A stretch of 64,000 nucleotides of DNA from Podarcis liolepis (lineage: Eukaryota). Positions 12,801 through 27,800 of this stretch are shown here, piece after piece. The DNA is taken from the NCBI GenBank assembly GCA_965112155.1, contig OZ218098.1. One strand, written 5' to 3'. The notes under the pieces were generated by a model. It worked only from the letters and a program-made list of their open reading frames with translations. It did no database searches and was not told the origin of the DNA. A program made the translations under genes and the position numbers. Within the stretch, counting starts at the first letter, position 1. The number at the start of each line of letters is the position of its first letter.

Positions 12801-15800
12801 TTCAGAACTATCGTTTTTATTCAAATGCAAATTCAGTTGGTTTACTCAGCTCAGATTTGTTTAACTGTAAAGTAAGCCCTCAACTTACACAGGGGTTCTG
12901 GTTCTGGGGGTCGCACCTAAAGCTGAAACTGCATATTTTATTTTATTTATATATTTTTGTTTGCCAAGTGCATAAAGCTGAACGTGCACAAGTTAAATGC
13001 TCATAGGTTGTGGGTTTGCTCTATACTATGCTATGTTATGCCAAAACTAGCTGTGATTTATGGTAGTAAAAGATCCTCACAACAGTTCAATGGAAACTTG
13101 TCTGCTCACCAGAGTTTTAAAATATGAGAGATATGAACTCTAACCCTGGAGAGGTAGATCACACAGTGCAAAAATAAATTTAAAAAGGAAAGTGGAGGGA
13201 TAGGAAAATTGCAAAATGGGAATATTTGTTGTAGAGAAGGGAGTAGCCTCAGGGTAAACGATTAAGTAGCCTCTCCTTAATCACACCCGTTCTACTTCTG
13301 ACTTCAATGACCTGGTTTTGGTTAAAGTATTTGGTGTGGTTCTAATCTAACTCTGAGTGTGAGCAAAACCCACCAACTGAACCTTCCAAAAATAAATTTG
13401 AGGGAAGTTGTGGCAAGTCCGAAAAAGATAAATCCTTTAGGTTCACGAGCCTTTCCTAACTGCAAGAGGCAGTGATTGAGACATCCAAACAGAAACCACA
13501 GAAGTTCTCTTCAGGCATTCAGCCTGAACAGGCAATGGCAAAAACAATGACCAATTTTCTTGCAATAATAAGGCAGGTAATAAGAGGGAGGCTTCTAAGT
13601 ACTCGGCCCTCCAGCTGTTTTGGGACTACAACTCCCATCATCCCTAGCTAACAGGACCAATGGTCAGGGATGATGGGAATTGTAGTCCCAAAACATCTGG
13701 AGGGCTGAGTTTGCTTGTGCCTGGCCAAGCTGAATGTGCTCTTAAACTCCCTTCAGACATGCTGAATGAGCAAATGGTGGGAGTGAAGGGTGGGGCAGGA
13801 CATGTAGGGGTGTACGTGAGAGGGCTGAAGTGCATGCCTCAAGCTCCCTATACACATTTTGCTCTTGTTTAGGCTACTAAGCACCTCAAAAATTTATGCA
13901 ACTCTGTCTTGAACCTAGTTTAGTGTAGTAACTTCATTCACTGTGGCCCAGTTTGCATGTCACAGCAAACATAGGTAAATGTTGGTCGTGAGCACACTTT
14001 TCTTAGGCGCTTATGTCCTTCCCGTCTGCATACTAAGGAAACAAATCATGATTCCTAGCTTAGCTTTATGTAGGAACAAGGGACCATGGTTTGTTTTATT
14101 CCAGCAAACCCTGATTAGTAAGCTACAGGAAGTGGTTTGTTAGGAGTAAAATGAGCTATCCCTGGTTCAAATCCTAAAACTAGGGGTTATGGTTTGTTTC
14201 CTTTCAGCGTGACCTAGATCGTAGGGTTCATCGTGACATGCGATTGAAACCAGTAACACACTCAATTCTAATTTGGAAGCCCGGAAGTTATTTTATAAAT
14301 AGAAGCTCACAACTAACACCAAAAAGCTACTTGATTTCCTTATTAAACTTTTAAAGCAGTATTTTAAGCAGTATTTATTCACTTTTTGAAAATGGAACTG
14401 TAAGGGATGGATTATACAAACACTGGATTGATTCACAAACGATTTCTAGGGAAATTTACATTTCAGGAAAAAAATTGAAAAAACTAAACACTAAAATGTA
14501 ACAAAAGCAAAACAGCAGAAAACATTATTTCAAAACAATCAACATTTTCCTTTTTGCAGTTCTTAAATTATGTCAGTGCTCTCTAATATTTTCTACCTAA
14601 TTTGGTGTCTTGAATTATTTTACCTTTCAATCAATGTTTGATATGCTGAATACAAGCTACAGTTTAAAAATCTAGGCTCACACAGAAAAGACAACTGAAG
14701 TACTTGCCACCTTGCATTTAGGAGAATTATTCTCAAAACAGAGCAAATCACACAATCTTTTCTTACACTCCCCCTCCCGCTCTCCTTCATGGGTGTGCTC
14801 ACTTAATATGTTTCCTGTATCAAGGGAGTCATTTGCAAGCTATATATGTTTTAATGCCCACAACACTAGGCGTGACCCTCATTTTATAGCTCTAACGTTA
14901 TGCTTCCATGGTAACAAGACATGCTACCGTACTACCACACCCTTCCCAAACTTAGAAATAGTATATGTGCAGGATTTTCCTTTCCAATGGGTCAACAACT
15001 AAAAATGAAAGACCAGTTGGCAGATGTAACAACCAATGAAACAGCACATAACAAAATTAACTTACTTCCTCTTCTTCAAACCCAGTCAGATCCCATCTGT
15101 AGTTCAGACGCATCTGTTTTCTCTTCCAGTGTTCCATGAATGTAGCAGCTGGGTGGTTAAAAGAAAAAAATACTTAGAAGAGCAGGCTAATTCTACCACT
15201 TGCTATTTGTTATGGTTTCCATTAACAAAACCAGAGATGGTTACATATGCTATACACCACACTACTTTCTTTCCTATCCAAAGATAAATTAAAACATTTC
15301 TTTAAAAGCCCAAAGTAGAATGGAAGACCCTACTGCAGGCATGGCCAAACCTGGCCCTCCAGCTGTTTTGGGACTACAACTCCCATCATCCCTAGCTAAC
15401 AGGACCAGCAGTCAGGGATAATGGGAATTGTAGTCCCAAAACTGCTGGAGGGCCAAGTTTGGTCATGCCTGCCCTACTGCCTTTAAGACGGATGATTGTA
15501 AATAATTGTAACTGATTTGATAACATTGGGTTACTAGTAAGTCTAAACACAAGAGAGGACACTTAATGCTGTTTTTGCAATTTTCATTTACAAATATTGT
15601 AGAAATAAAACAAAATAAAAGTTGTAGAGAAGGCCCTCAGATGACAAGTGCATGGTCTGGGTTAGTTTGTATGAGGGGGCAGTCTTTAAGGTATTGAGGC
15701 CCTGAGCCGTGTAAGGCTTTATAGGTCAACACCAGCACTTTGAATTGGAAACTGATCAGCTGCCAGTGCAGTTATGCCAGGTTTGGTGTTATACGCTCAA

Positions 15801-18800
15801 ACCGTCTTGTTCTGGTGAGCAATCTTGCCATTGCCTTCTGCACCAGCTGAAGTTTCTGAATCGTCTTCAGAGGCAGCCCTGCGTATAACACATTGCAGTA
15901 ATTCAACCTAGAGGTTGTTGGAGCGTAGGCCATAGAAGTTAGGCTTTCCCTGTCCAGATAGGGGCATAGCTGGGCCACCAACCGAAGGTGGCAGAAGGCA
16001 CTCCACACCACTGAGGCCACTTGGGCCTTAAGTGACAGCAGCGGATCCAGGAGCACCCCCTGTACCTGTGTAGCCTCCTCAAGAGCAGGCAATCTTCCAC
16101 CCATCCAGTCCAGGGAACCACCTAGTACCAGTGCCTCAGTCTTATCTGGATTGAGCTTCAGTTTATTGGCTCTCATCCATTACTGAAGCAAGGCACCAGT
16201 CCAGCACATCAACTGCCACACCTGCAGATGTGAAGGAGAGATAGAGCTGTGTGTCACCAGCGTACTGCTGACAACACACACCAAAAGGCTGGATGACTCC
16301 TTGCCTCAAACTCCTTGGAGGAAAGGCAAGATATAAATATAAGAGATAAATACATGAATTGGAGCACCCACCTGTTGCAGGTTAGCCCCTCACTTTATGA
16401 AAATAAGACTGCAGGGGCAATCTATTATCTGGGTTTCCCCCCTATTCTTTGAAAATATTAATAAAACCTTGCATTTTTGTTAAGCATTTGCAATGAGTGA
16501 TGACAGGGGAAACCTTTCCAATAAAGTAATTGTCAGCCCGAAGCTGCAATAATATGTTTGGGGCTGCTGGAACCTCTGCATCAATCCTCAATTCCATTAC
16601 TTGCAAATTTCAGCGGCAGCACTATTTGGGAGTTATGCAGATTTCCTTAAGGTGAAATCATCTTAAATCCAAGCACTTCAGCTTAACTGGACAAATGACT
16701 TACAAGAAAATATGTAAAGAAGGAAATGTAAAACCAGTAATTGCGCTGGAACCTAGAGAGTGGCTATAATTTCATTTTCAATGGGGAAGCTACTATAAAG
16801 GAGGGGCACAGCGACAACTCTTAAGCAGCAGCAAACACAGCTTGTGTACATCAATCTATGTGCCACTGAGGTTGGGGAAGGCCCTGGGGACATGGATTTG
16901 AATACTGGGAACAGACCAGCACTACACAGTAAATAAGTAATTGTGAAAGAAGTAAGCGTGCTGAGAAAGCCTAACCCCAGGGGAATTGCTCCGAAGTGAC
17001 TGCTAACAGATGTGATCAACAAGCTGTACTGAGATCCCAGTAAAACCCTGGAGAAAAGGAAAATGGGAGGAACTAGGCAAGGTCTCCACGTATCTTAATT
17101 ACGCAGCAACAATGGGAATTTGCCAACATATTTTAATCATGTTTTATTCAGTTCCGCTAATCTGTTCTGTATCTCCTGTGCATAAATCTTAGAAACTCAT
17201 TGCACACTGACATCATAATTATATATAATAAAAAATTATAATCCTTAAAGTGGTGCTTTTGGCTTTCTGTAGCTTGTTGATAGCTTTTTGGGGATGCTTG
17301 GTATACTTGCTGAATGGTACATGCATATAAAGTGAGAATTATGGATAATGAAAGACTTCTCTCCCCCACCCCCCTTGGCTACCAGGAATCCCTCTTTTAC
17401 AGCGTTAGCTTACAAAGCCATAAAGGAACTGTAGCACTCTCTAACATGCAGATATGCTAGGTCCAAGGAGATGACCAGGATGTGTCTTTGTAGCTGGATG
17501 TTTGTGTTTGTGTGTGCAGTGAAACTTTTTTTTTAACGTCTACTCTCCAAACCACTGGTTGTGCATGCATTTTTGTCATGATGTCATGTAACCTTGGCCT
17601 CAGAGAACAGAGCGCAGCCACTAACCACCAGGCTGCCATTTGAAACCGTAGCTCAGTGGGAGAGCACATGCTTGAGTGCAGAATGTCCCCAAGTACGCTC
17701 CCTGCACAGCTTCAGCTCAAAGCAGATTCATGGGGAAAACGGGAGCCTCCACCTTAGACTGTGCAGAGCTGCGGCAAGTCAGAATGGCTAGTACTAGATT
17801 AGAGAGACCTAGGGAGACATACATACCCTTTGAAAAATAAGATAAAATCTTGCCCTCTACCAACTAGCTCAACTAACACACTTGTTTCTCTTCCATTTTA
17901 TACTTGTGAGGTTGGTCTCTTCAAGGTGGACATTGAAGGCTTGCATTTGCCACAGTGATAGCAACATAATTTTTTGAAAGGCCTTTAGAGAGCAAATATC
18001 AGAGAGGAAGTGTGGGGCAATAACAAGGACTAGGAGTTTCATTACTAGATTACAAACTGCAATTTAGTCAGTTAGCTACATTCTATTCATATACACTCCC
18101 TAAAAATCTGACTTCCCTTTGCACAAGCTTACAATGCTTAGCTTGCAGCTGAACCACCATGGTTAAAAGGACAGAAAACACAGAAAACTATTTGGGTCCT
18201 CTTTTATGCAAGAGCAGGGTGGTCCAACTTTTCACACAAAGTTGACTGCAACAGTACTTTGACATGAGACCTGTGGGCCACATGCTACTTTGCTGTGCAC
18301 ACGTGAGGCGGGAGGGGCGGAAGCGAGGCCAAAATTTGATGACCCCCAACCTTCATGCTGCCTTCCCAAAGCCAGTTAAGCAAGTTGCAAGGTTCTGGCA
18401 GGGACCTAGAGTGCACCCACCTCCTTCCCAAAGCTGGGAAAGTGCTAACTAGGCTTTGGGAAGGAAAAATGGTGGACTCTAGGACCGCATCAGAGCCCCC
18501 TCACGTCTCCTTTCCAAAACCCAAAGCCTTGCTTACTCTCAGGCCACATGTTGGACTGCCCTGTGCTAGAAATAGCCAACTTAGCAATGAAGTGTGTATG
18601 GGTATGTACATACAGACTTCCCAATGTAACCAATGGCAAAAAAATTAAAAAACAAAGCTGAACAATCCATCTCTGTAAAAATAAAATAATAAAAAAACAA
18701 AATGAAGAAGCTCCAAAACCATAACATATAAATAAAAAACATATAAATAAAAAAATCCTTCCTGTAGCACCTTAGAGACCAACTAAGTTTGTTATTGGTA

Positions 18801-21800
18801 TGAGCTTTCGTGTGCATGCACACTTCTTCACAGTGATTTTGAGATTCTACTGTCACTGGAGAAGGAGAGAAGGGTCAAAGTGATGCCTGGCTATATAATT
18901 CATGCCAAGCCACATAAAATTTGATAGCACAGTCTCTTCTTTCCCTAAACAAACAAAAATAACAGCAGGAAATATTTTTAGCACTTACAGTTGTGGAGAA
19001 AAGTAGCAAAACACGAGATCAAAATCTGCTTTAAAAACAGAAAATGTACTGGGGTCGTCCCTACAATCATCCCTGAACCCAGGATTCCAGAATGCTCTCT
19101 GGCCTAAGCCTAGACTAGTCCGCCACAGGGCTTAGAGACAATTCTGGAAGGTAGAACACCAGTGTGGACATGGAAAGTACTCTAAAATAGGCATCTTTAT
19201 TTAATAATCATAGACTCAGCCCAGCTTCTTATTGAACTCAACAGCTGCAACTGATGGGATTTCAAACCAACAACAACATGGGGGCGGGGGGGCTAGTGTT
19301 TTCCCACTCTGGTCTATAGGACTGTTTTGACTAATGGACTAGGCAATGGTCACTTCTGATTAGAGGAGTTCTGTTCTCAGTGTATCATATTTTCTGAGTA
19401 TCTGGAGACTAGACTGAGGGACTTGCAAATGTATTGGAAAGGGAGGGAAAGGTGAAAGGGAGAGAATGGATATTTGATTGCCTGGATGAAGGGATAAGAC
19501 TATTTAAAGACACGACATTCTGCTTTGGCTTATATATCACATTTCTCAATACATGTAATGTGACAAGCCACTCTACATGATAACAAATCATCGATCTCTG
19601 TGGCATAGGTTGTTTTGCTCAGATTCATCTTCCTTCCTTTTTGGCTTCCCTCTTGCTGACTGCAGTATAAAATTAAATCTAAACTCAATCAGTCCATATT
19701 TCAGCTTGCCATTATCACACAGACACCCCTTACCACCCCACTCCTATTAAGTAAAATATACAGTTGTGTGTGTTAGCAGTATAAAAAAAAAAGATGATTT
19801 AGTCAAAAGGGGTGGTGGTGGTGGAAGAAGCCAGGTCCTGAACTCTCACAGAGGTAACTTGACTGAAATGCATTTTAATAGGAAAAAAATTGATTCCCTG
19901 TACAGCTGAGCAAGTGGAAACTTGAACTGTATTTCTCATATCAAATGGCATAATACATGTCATCAATAATGAAAAAGTTTTCTATGTGGCAGGCAATTAT
20001 CTTAATGTAAAAACAAACACAAGCACCATACTACAATTTCATGCAGGGTAAGAATAATTGCTGCAAATTCTGTTGTCTAAGCTGCTGTACTTTACTCTCC
20101 ATATATCTAATATTTGAAAGCGGGGCAACAGGGTGCAGACATCTTAGACAAGTGCCTTCTTGCAAGCGTACGCAGCAACAAGTGTTTGACACTTTTAATA
20201 TGCATTTATAATGGATTTCTACTGGACCATCTGCTCCTCCTGCTGCTGCTACATACATGTTCTTCAATATTCCAACATTATTGACTCCACACTGGCTTTC
20301 CTTGAATCCTCCTGGGCCACTGTTTCCATCTCCATAATCCACTCCCCTTTTTCAACAGTGGAAATCAGTAGCACTATCATGCCTTGCCACCCTGCCATCC
20401 CACTTTTTCTGCAGCTACAGCTCATCAGCCCAGACCAGGTGATCTGGGGTCCTAACCAGGTGTGTGTGCTGGGGGGTGGGCGGGAATCTGGGTTATGACC
20501 ACAGCCAATGGATGTAACTCTTACTTTTGTACACAAGTCTATATTTCGGCCACACAAAAGCCAGAGGTTTTCAGACAAACATCTGTCCATGGCGCATGCA
20601 GGCAAGCAGAAGCCATCGTCCAAGAATACAATTTAGCCAGGCAAAAACACACGAGGAAGGGGTGGAGACGGCATTAGCCAAATAGCTAGATACTATCAGC
20701 CAAGACAGGAAAGGATCATGCAAACAAGTGCTAGTGGCCCACACGTCTCTAAGTACCTTGTCTACATTCTCAGGTTGCAACAACTGAAACCCACCCAGGC
20801 AATAATGGTGATACAGTTCTATGGGAGCATCTTGCTTATGGACTGCATTCAACACCACCTCCAAATTGGAATACGTGTAATAGATTTCATTATGTGCAAA
20901 CATTCATATCACATTATCTCAGGTATGTGCTGCATGTGTAAGAATGCATGTGCAAGATCCCCCATTGCACATTCAGGATCATGTCATGCTATGAAGGCAA
21001 ATCCTTACTCTTTTTGAATTTTAACAGCTAGATCTCAGGTGGGTTTTTTTTAAACATTTTACACAATCCGCTTGGTGCATAGCTTTCAATTGCTACAGCA
21101 TCTCAATACCTGGATCATGGAAGGCTCTTTGCAAAAGTGGGATGCCCCTCAAAAATAAAAGGACACCTTGAGAGGTACAAACAGCATCCTATTGATAACA
21201 CTAATGCACTTAGCAGCTTGGTCATTATTCAACCGTACTTTGTTAAAGGCCATTTCTATAAGAACCGCCCCCCCCCCAACAATAAATCTTTGCTCCAATG
21301 GTCTAATTTGGAAGCCAAGTCTGCAAATAGATTTTGTTGGCATGCTCTGCAATCCCCTTAATGCTATCTATACATGCCATGCAGCAGTTTTATGACAAAT
21401 GCTTCATTTTATATTCATCCAAGCAGCTTTCTATTTTAACCTTCAGTTCAAAACATAAATATAAGGGTGGCAGTTTTATGGGAGAAGGAAAAAAAGGGGG
21501 GGATCTACAGATAATTAACTGTTGAATTGTACAAACACTGATTTATCCTCCTGCTTGTTTCCTTCCACAAGTAAGCAGATTAAAAACCACAGCCAATGCC
21601 CGGGCCAACCAAAGTCGTGTAGACATTCTTACCCCACAGAGCCATGAAGACTGAGAAGAAGACAGTTGCTGGGTTGTCAAAGAGATGGCTTGCCCGAGAT
21701 GTGGCACAAGCGGAGCTCAGCTTCCAATAGCTACAGGTTCTATCGCATAAGGGACACATAGTAATATTGTTCCTCTGGTCACACATCTCCATGCTGAGGG

Positions 21801-24800
21801 AAAACAAACAGTGCATGTCAGGTAAATACAAACCATTCTTCTCCCCTGGTCCCAATCTGTAATTTATACAGATTGTATATTCACCTGACTGACATGCCAA
21901 AAGCTCTTTTCATGAATCCACCCCCTCATTTCAGACTTACCTATGGCTGTTTATACACCATACATTGAAAGCATGCACCCCAAATCCTGAGAACTGAAGT
22001 TTGCTAAGAGTTCTGGGAGCTATAGCTTCGTACACTTTAAATATATAGTGTATATGCAGTCTATATGACAGTATTAGCTGCATGAAGTTACAGTACAAAA
22101 AAAAGGAAGAAGGGAAGTAGCACTGATTGCTTTATAGAGACTCTGCCCTTAAATGTTTGTCTATTATGCTGGTGTAGCTCTGCTATTGCTGTATTTTGTG
22201 ATGTCATGCTGATCTAAGTATTTTTGTGCTGGTACAATATTGTATGCTTAGGGCATGAAATGTCTTTCCCGGACACCTAGGAGCCTGCAGAACACCAGTG
22301 CCCTAAGACATTCTACTCCATTCTCCTGAGACGCAACTAGTGTTGTTGTAGTTACTGAGCTATACTGGCCCAGTGTCAGTGTAAAGTGGCCAATATAATC
22401 TAACATGTAGCAACAGTTAAGGAAACTGGGACAGGCCACGGAATTGTGCTCTCCCTCAACCTTTCCTCCACCCTCTGCATTCTCCTTTTCCTTCCCTTTT
22501 CAGCATTAACTACTGCTGTGCTGCCATTAACCCTGGTTAATACTGGCCAGCGTTTGCTTTTAACCAGAGCTTGAAAGCAGGGTATGAATATGGTCTTCAG
22601 ACACCAGTTAAAGATAATTGTGGTTAATGTTAACTTTGGCTAGCACAATGCAGATAGAAAGCCATAAGATGGAAGGAAGAAATTCACATTGTGGCTAGGG
22701 AGGAAACACCAGCTCTGTAACCTGTTCTCATTCCATTTACGTACATGTTCCATAAATTATTTCTGTACCAGACCATTGCCTATCACTAATTTTCTCTCAG
22801 TTTAGGAATTATAGCAAGTAAACAAGTCAAGGCAGTTTAGGCATTTCAATGGAATTTGCCCCAGGTTGACTCCTATCTCCTGGTACCTTCATGGCACAAA
22901 GAACTTGTTTAGGCAGGCATTTCTATAGGAATGAGAAAGACAGGGCAAGGGTGAGCCTTCTCTGGGAACAGACTTCAGAGGAACCCTCACTATGTACAAA
23001 GTATACATGGACTCAAGAGCTTAATTTGCAGCACAGCTCTCTGAAGACCTGCTTTCAGTGCCATCCCTTAAACATGTGTAAGTAACAGAATGCTTTGGAG
23101 CATGTGCAAAATGCATTCCCCATCCCATTAGTCCTCTTCAATTTGCAGAAGGAGAAAAGCATATCCAGGCTGGTTGAAGGTTTTTTTGACACCTACTCCC
23201 TTCAACCTTTTAGCATGCGTCCAAGCAGTTTTCCACTTGACCAGCATTTTCTAGGCATGGGTCTGGGCAGTTTTCTCCTTTCTCAGGGAAAACCTGCTCT
23301 TTAGCTTTAAATCAGAACAAACAGCAACCCATGGAAAATTGGGTTGCTGTTTGTTCTGAGTGAGCACTAGAGAGCAGTTTTCCCTGGGGAAGAGAAGCAG
23401 GATAAGAGCAAGTGTGGATAAGCTCATAGCCTCTCCAGAACTCCTCCCAATGTGTAACCATTTTTCTTGAACTATGATGCTTAATAATAAAAATGACCAT
23501 TAGAATCAAACTCATGCTTCAAGGAATATGAGAAGTCACGGGGGAAAGGGTTAAGTGGTGATCTACTATGTATTTTGGAAATTTGTTTGTTTCCTATGCA
23601 ATTCTGGACTGGATTACTTCAGAGAATGACATTTCGGAAGCCTAGTTCTAGGGATGCCAGTGCAGATGTTTCTGGACTCCAACTCCTATTATTCCTGACC
23701 ATTGGCCATTCTTACTGACGGGGTTTGTAGGCCAATAACATCTGGAGAGCATCACATTGGCTATGCCTGGTCTATACTAAGGAAACTCTTTCCTCCCACA
23801 TGCCACACTAAGTTCTGAACCCCTTATGTCTAATCTTTGCAGCGATTCCATCATCCAGATACCACAAGGAAACAAAAATGTTGAGGAAAAACAGACATTT
23901 CCCATAAATTAGAACTGCGTCGCAAGTTGCAGCACTTAACTAATATACATTATTAGCATCCTTCTATTTCCTGTACCCTATATTGATCTATTTTCAATTA
24001 AAGATCTGAAAGCTTTAGAAAGCAGCCACAGAAAATGTGACTCTTGAGAGATATAAGGCAAGTAAGCTGATATCTTTTTCCTGAATAAAACCTGTTGGTG
24101 TCAGAGCATGCAAGCTTTCAAGACTGATGACTGCAAGTTACATATAATTGATCATTAAGTGAAGTTAGTAAAACTCCCATCTTATCAGCTTTGGACCACA
24201 TGCAGTACAGTTCTGTACATATATTCAGAAGTCCAATTGACTTCAATGAAACTTACTCCCAGGTAAATGCGTACAGAGCATTGCAGCCTCATTCTTAGAG
24301 AATATCACTGTATATAACAAGCTAAATAAAAAAATAAAAAAGTTGTCCAGTAGTGCCTTAGAGACCAACTAAATTTGTTCTTGGTATAAGCTGTCTAGCT
24401 ATGTGCTTCTAATTTCAGCAGTGTGTAGATATTTCGATACTCAAAATTAATTCATCTCCCATCTATGAAACGGTCAAGCAGTTTCTGTGCATGGAAGCTG
24501 AGTACCTATTAGCACTCAATACTTTTTTGTATATAAGCATCTCTGGATTTGGGGCAGTACTTGCCCCTTATATATACAAGACTCATCAACAGGCATGAAA
24601 TAAGCTAACACTTATACTTTCATCTACTGTTATTTATACATTTATCTTGAGTTCAGCAGTGTTAGCTATGTGCGAGAAGTTAATATACCTGCACAGTTCA
24701 TACAGCTGTAATCAGATGATAAACTTATTTCATTTCCTGTTGATGAGTCTTGTACAAGTAAGGGGCAAGTGCAGTGAAAGGAGCAGGAATGGATCTCTTC

Positions 24801-27800
24801 ATGTAGAGGGAGGGTGTTATCTCTGCTTTTTAAACATTTTTATTGTTTTATTGTTTCTTCCAATGCCCCTTCCATGGGCGGTTCAGAGGGTGGTAACACG
24901 AGAATGGGCCTTTTCATTGGTGGCCCCTTGCTTGTGGACTGTTCTCCCTAGGGAGGCACATCTGGCACCACCCTTATGTAGTTTTAATGCCAGGAAAAAC
25001 GTTTTCTCTCCCCAGGATTTTGGCCAGCAGTTGGAAGGTTACTGTGGCCTTTTTTTTTTTTTTAGTGTGGTGGGACCTGTAGTCCTGCCTTTTTGTTAAT
25101 TTTGTTTTTTAGTCTTTTCTTTGAATTGTCATATTTTTAGGTTTTCATTGTTATTTTATTCACGAATACAAGTGCTAAGACTAATCATATGAATTCTGAA
25201 ATAATTTTTGTATTATTGGTCGTACAAGATTGTCAGTGATTGTCAGTGATTCTAAATCTAATGTTTCCCATTTCCTTTTATGAAGATAAAGCAAGCATGA
25301 CTGAGCAGACTGGACATTCCCTGTGTCATAAGAGGAAATGAGGACGTTTTGAACACGTGGAAGATGGAAACCCACAAATGTGTATGTTACCTTGGTATGT
25401 TCTCGTCCACTGTTGCACAGCCATACAGGAACACGATAATCCCCACAATGGAAGCTGGAATAAGCATTTGTGTATAAACGCCAAGCCAGGCAAAATACAG
25501 TCCAATCTTTTCACCAAAGTACTTTCTGAAATACATTGAAGGGGAAACATTGTGTAATGTTTACTATTTCTTAAATTGTACCATGCTGAAGCTTATGAAT
25601 CACACAGCAGGGTTGACTTTGAAGGAGAAAATAAGCCCTGTTGATTAGTTGGAATGCATTTCCCCTTGGAGGATTCTTGTCTGCATGCTGCTTGGAACAG
25701 ATCCAGGACTAGAGGCACCAAGTAAGTCATCCATTCCTGCTTATCAGGCAGCTTTGCTGATCTGTTTCTATAGCTATCTTGGTCACCACAGGCTTGGCGA
25801 GGATCTCCTCATACTGGCTCAGTTCAGACACAATGATAAACCATGGTTTATTGTTATGAGGACAATAAGGCATGTCTTCATTCCTCCCTGCCCCAAGTGC
25901 AAGGCAAAGGAAGTTCAGCTTCTACTTAGTGGCAAACCACAGTACACCATTTCCTTTAAGCCAGGCATGGCCAAACTTGGACCTCCAGATGTTTTGGGAC
26001 TACACCTCCCATCATCCCTAGCTAACAGGACCAGTGGTCAGTGATGATGGGAATTGTAGTCCCAAAACATCTGAAGGGTCAAGTTTGGCCATGCCTGCTT
26101 TAAGTAAAGCATAGTTTGCAAAATCCAGACACCATAGACAACTGTGGTTTGCCATTAAGTAGAAACAAAAGCTTTCAATTTCCTTCCCTCACACATGTCT
26201 GAAATGAGCTTTCCTTTTAGTGCACAGACTCTCCTGTTCCAAAAGCAATAAATGAAACCCAGATTCTAAGTGTAGAGTCTTAATTTAACAAAGTCTTCCT
26301 TTATTTTGTGCAGTTGAATGTGATAAATGGAGCTGCACAATATATCGAAGTGTCTGGCCAAAAGTTGAAAGAAAATGAAGTAGGAGGTTAGAGAGAAAAA
26401 TATATTCCCTTGCTGATTCTTTCCAGTGAAGCTTTCATTAAGTCAAAGTATATTGCTAATGGATACTGTTCCATCCAGCCATAATGACTGCTTTTGTAGT
26501 AAGGTGGTGTCACTTGAATTTGGTGGTGGTAGCAGAGCATTCAGGTTTTTCCCAAGCTGCATCTCCCTGGGAAATGCTGAAAAGGGTGGAGTTGCAAGAT
26601 AGTACCTGCCGCCTGCCTTGTTACCTTTGGGGCCTTGCTATACATTGTGTTTAAAATGTGATTAGCAGTTATGTCATTTAATAAAAAATGAAAAATGAAA
26701 TACTAGGAATGTGGGAAGGGGGGGGTATCAGTTTGGTATCAATTTGTGGAAGTTTAGGCTGCTCCTCCCCAGCTGTGATCCCATTTTCTCCACTCCTATT
26801 GTTGGACACAGCATGGTGTAGTGGTTTGATTGCTGGATTTGGACCTGGAGGGCCAGAGTTCAAATCCCCACACAATTATGAAGCTCACTGGTTAACTATG
26901 GACCAGGCTCTATCTCTTGGTCTAATCTATGCCACAGAGTTGTTGTGAGGATAAAATCTGAGTGTGGGGGAATAACCATGCATGTTCCTGGAGAAAAGGT
27001 AGGATATAAATTGAATTAAAACAAAATAAGCATGATCTTAAGTTTGTGGAAGGGTCACAGTGCAGTAATAGAGAACATTATTGCATGCAGAAACTTCAGT
27101 CCCAGGCATCTCCAGGTAAAAAGGTAAAGGACCCCTGGACGGTTAAGTCCAGTCAAAGGCGACTATGGGGTTGTGGTGCTCATCTTGCTTTCAGGCTGAG
27201 GGAGCCAGTGTTTGTCCACAGATAACCTTCTGGGTCATGTGGCCAGCATGACTAAAGCGTTTCTGGCACAATGGAACACTGTGACAGAAGCCAGAGTGCA
27301 TGGAAACACCGTTTACCTTCCCACCACAGCGGCACCTACTTGCACAGGTGTGCTTTGAACTGGTAGGTTGGCAGGTCCTGGGACGGAGCAATGGGAGCTT
27401 ACTCCGTCATGGGGATTCGAACCACCAACCTTCAGATCGGCAAGCCCAAGAAGCTCAGTGGTTTAGACCACAGCGCCACCTGCGTTTAGAACCACTCTTG
27501 GTTGTCAAACTGTATACAGAGAGAGGATGAACATATGGCCTGGGCAGTTTGACTTTTCTCTTGAGCCTCAAGCTGTAAACAAACATTTGGAGGAAAGGGG
27601 CAAGGCAATATTTTAGGTTTAATGAGGGACCACATTCTCCTTACCTCACTAGGTCAATTGGTTGGTACTTATAAAAGACTCCATAACTTGCCCATTCCTC
27701 ACACAGGAGCTGTAAAAGAAATTTAAAATTAAAACTAAAACTGCAAGCAAGCAGTTCCTTCCTTGCTTCCACTACAGAGTTCACATTGTCCTCTGGTGTC

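Noticed and set aside
13380-13525. Another Penelope-like CTGAAGA...GAAA remnant on the minus strand (also faint remnants near 24070-24130 and 61960-62030)
   Set aside because: Too degenerate and interrupted to support either a ribozyme fold or firm boundaries.
20400-20432. Minus-strand CTGATGA-gctgtagctgca-GAAA as a second hammerhead
   Set aside because: Stem II lacks the closing G-C pair before GAAA, and no stem III/UH or stem I pairing follows.
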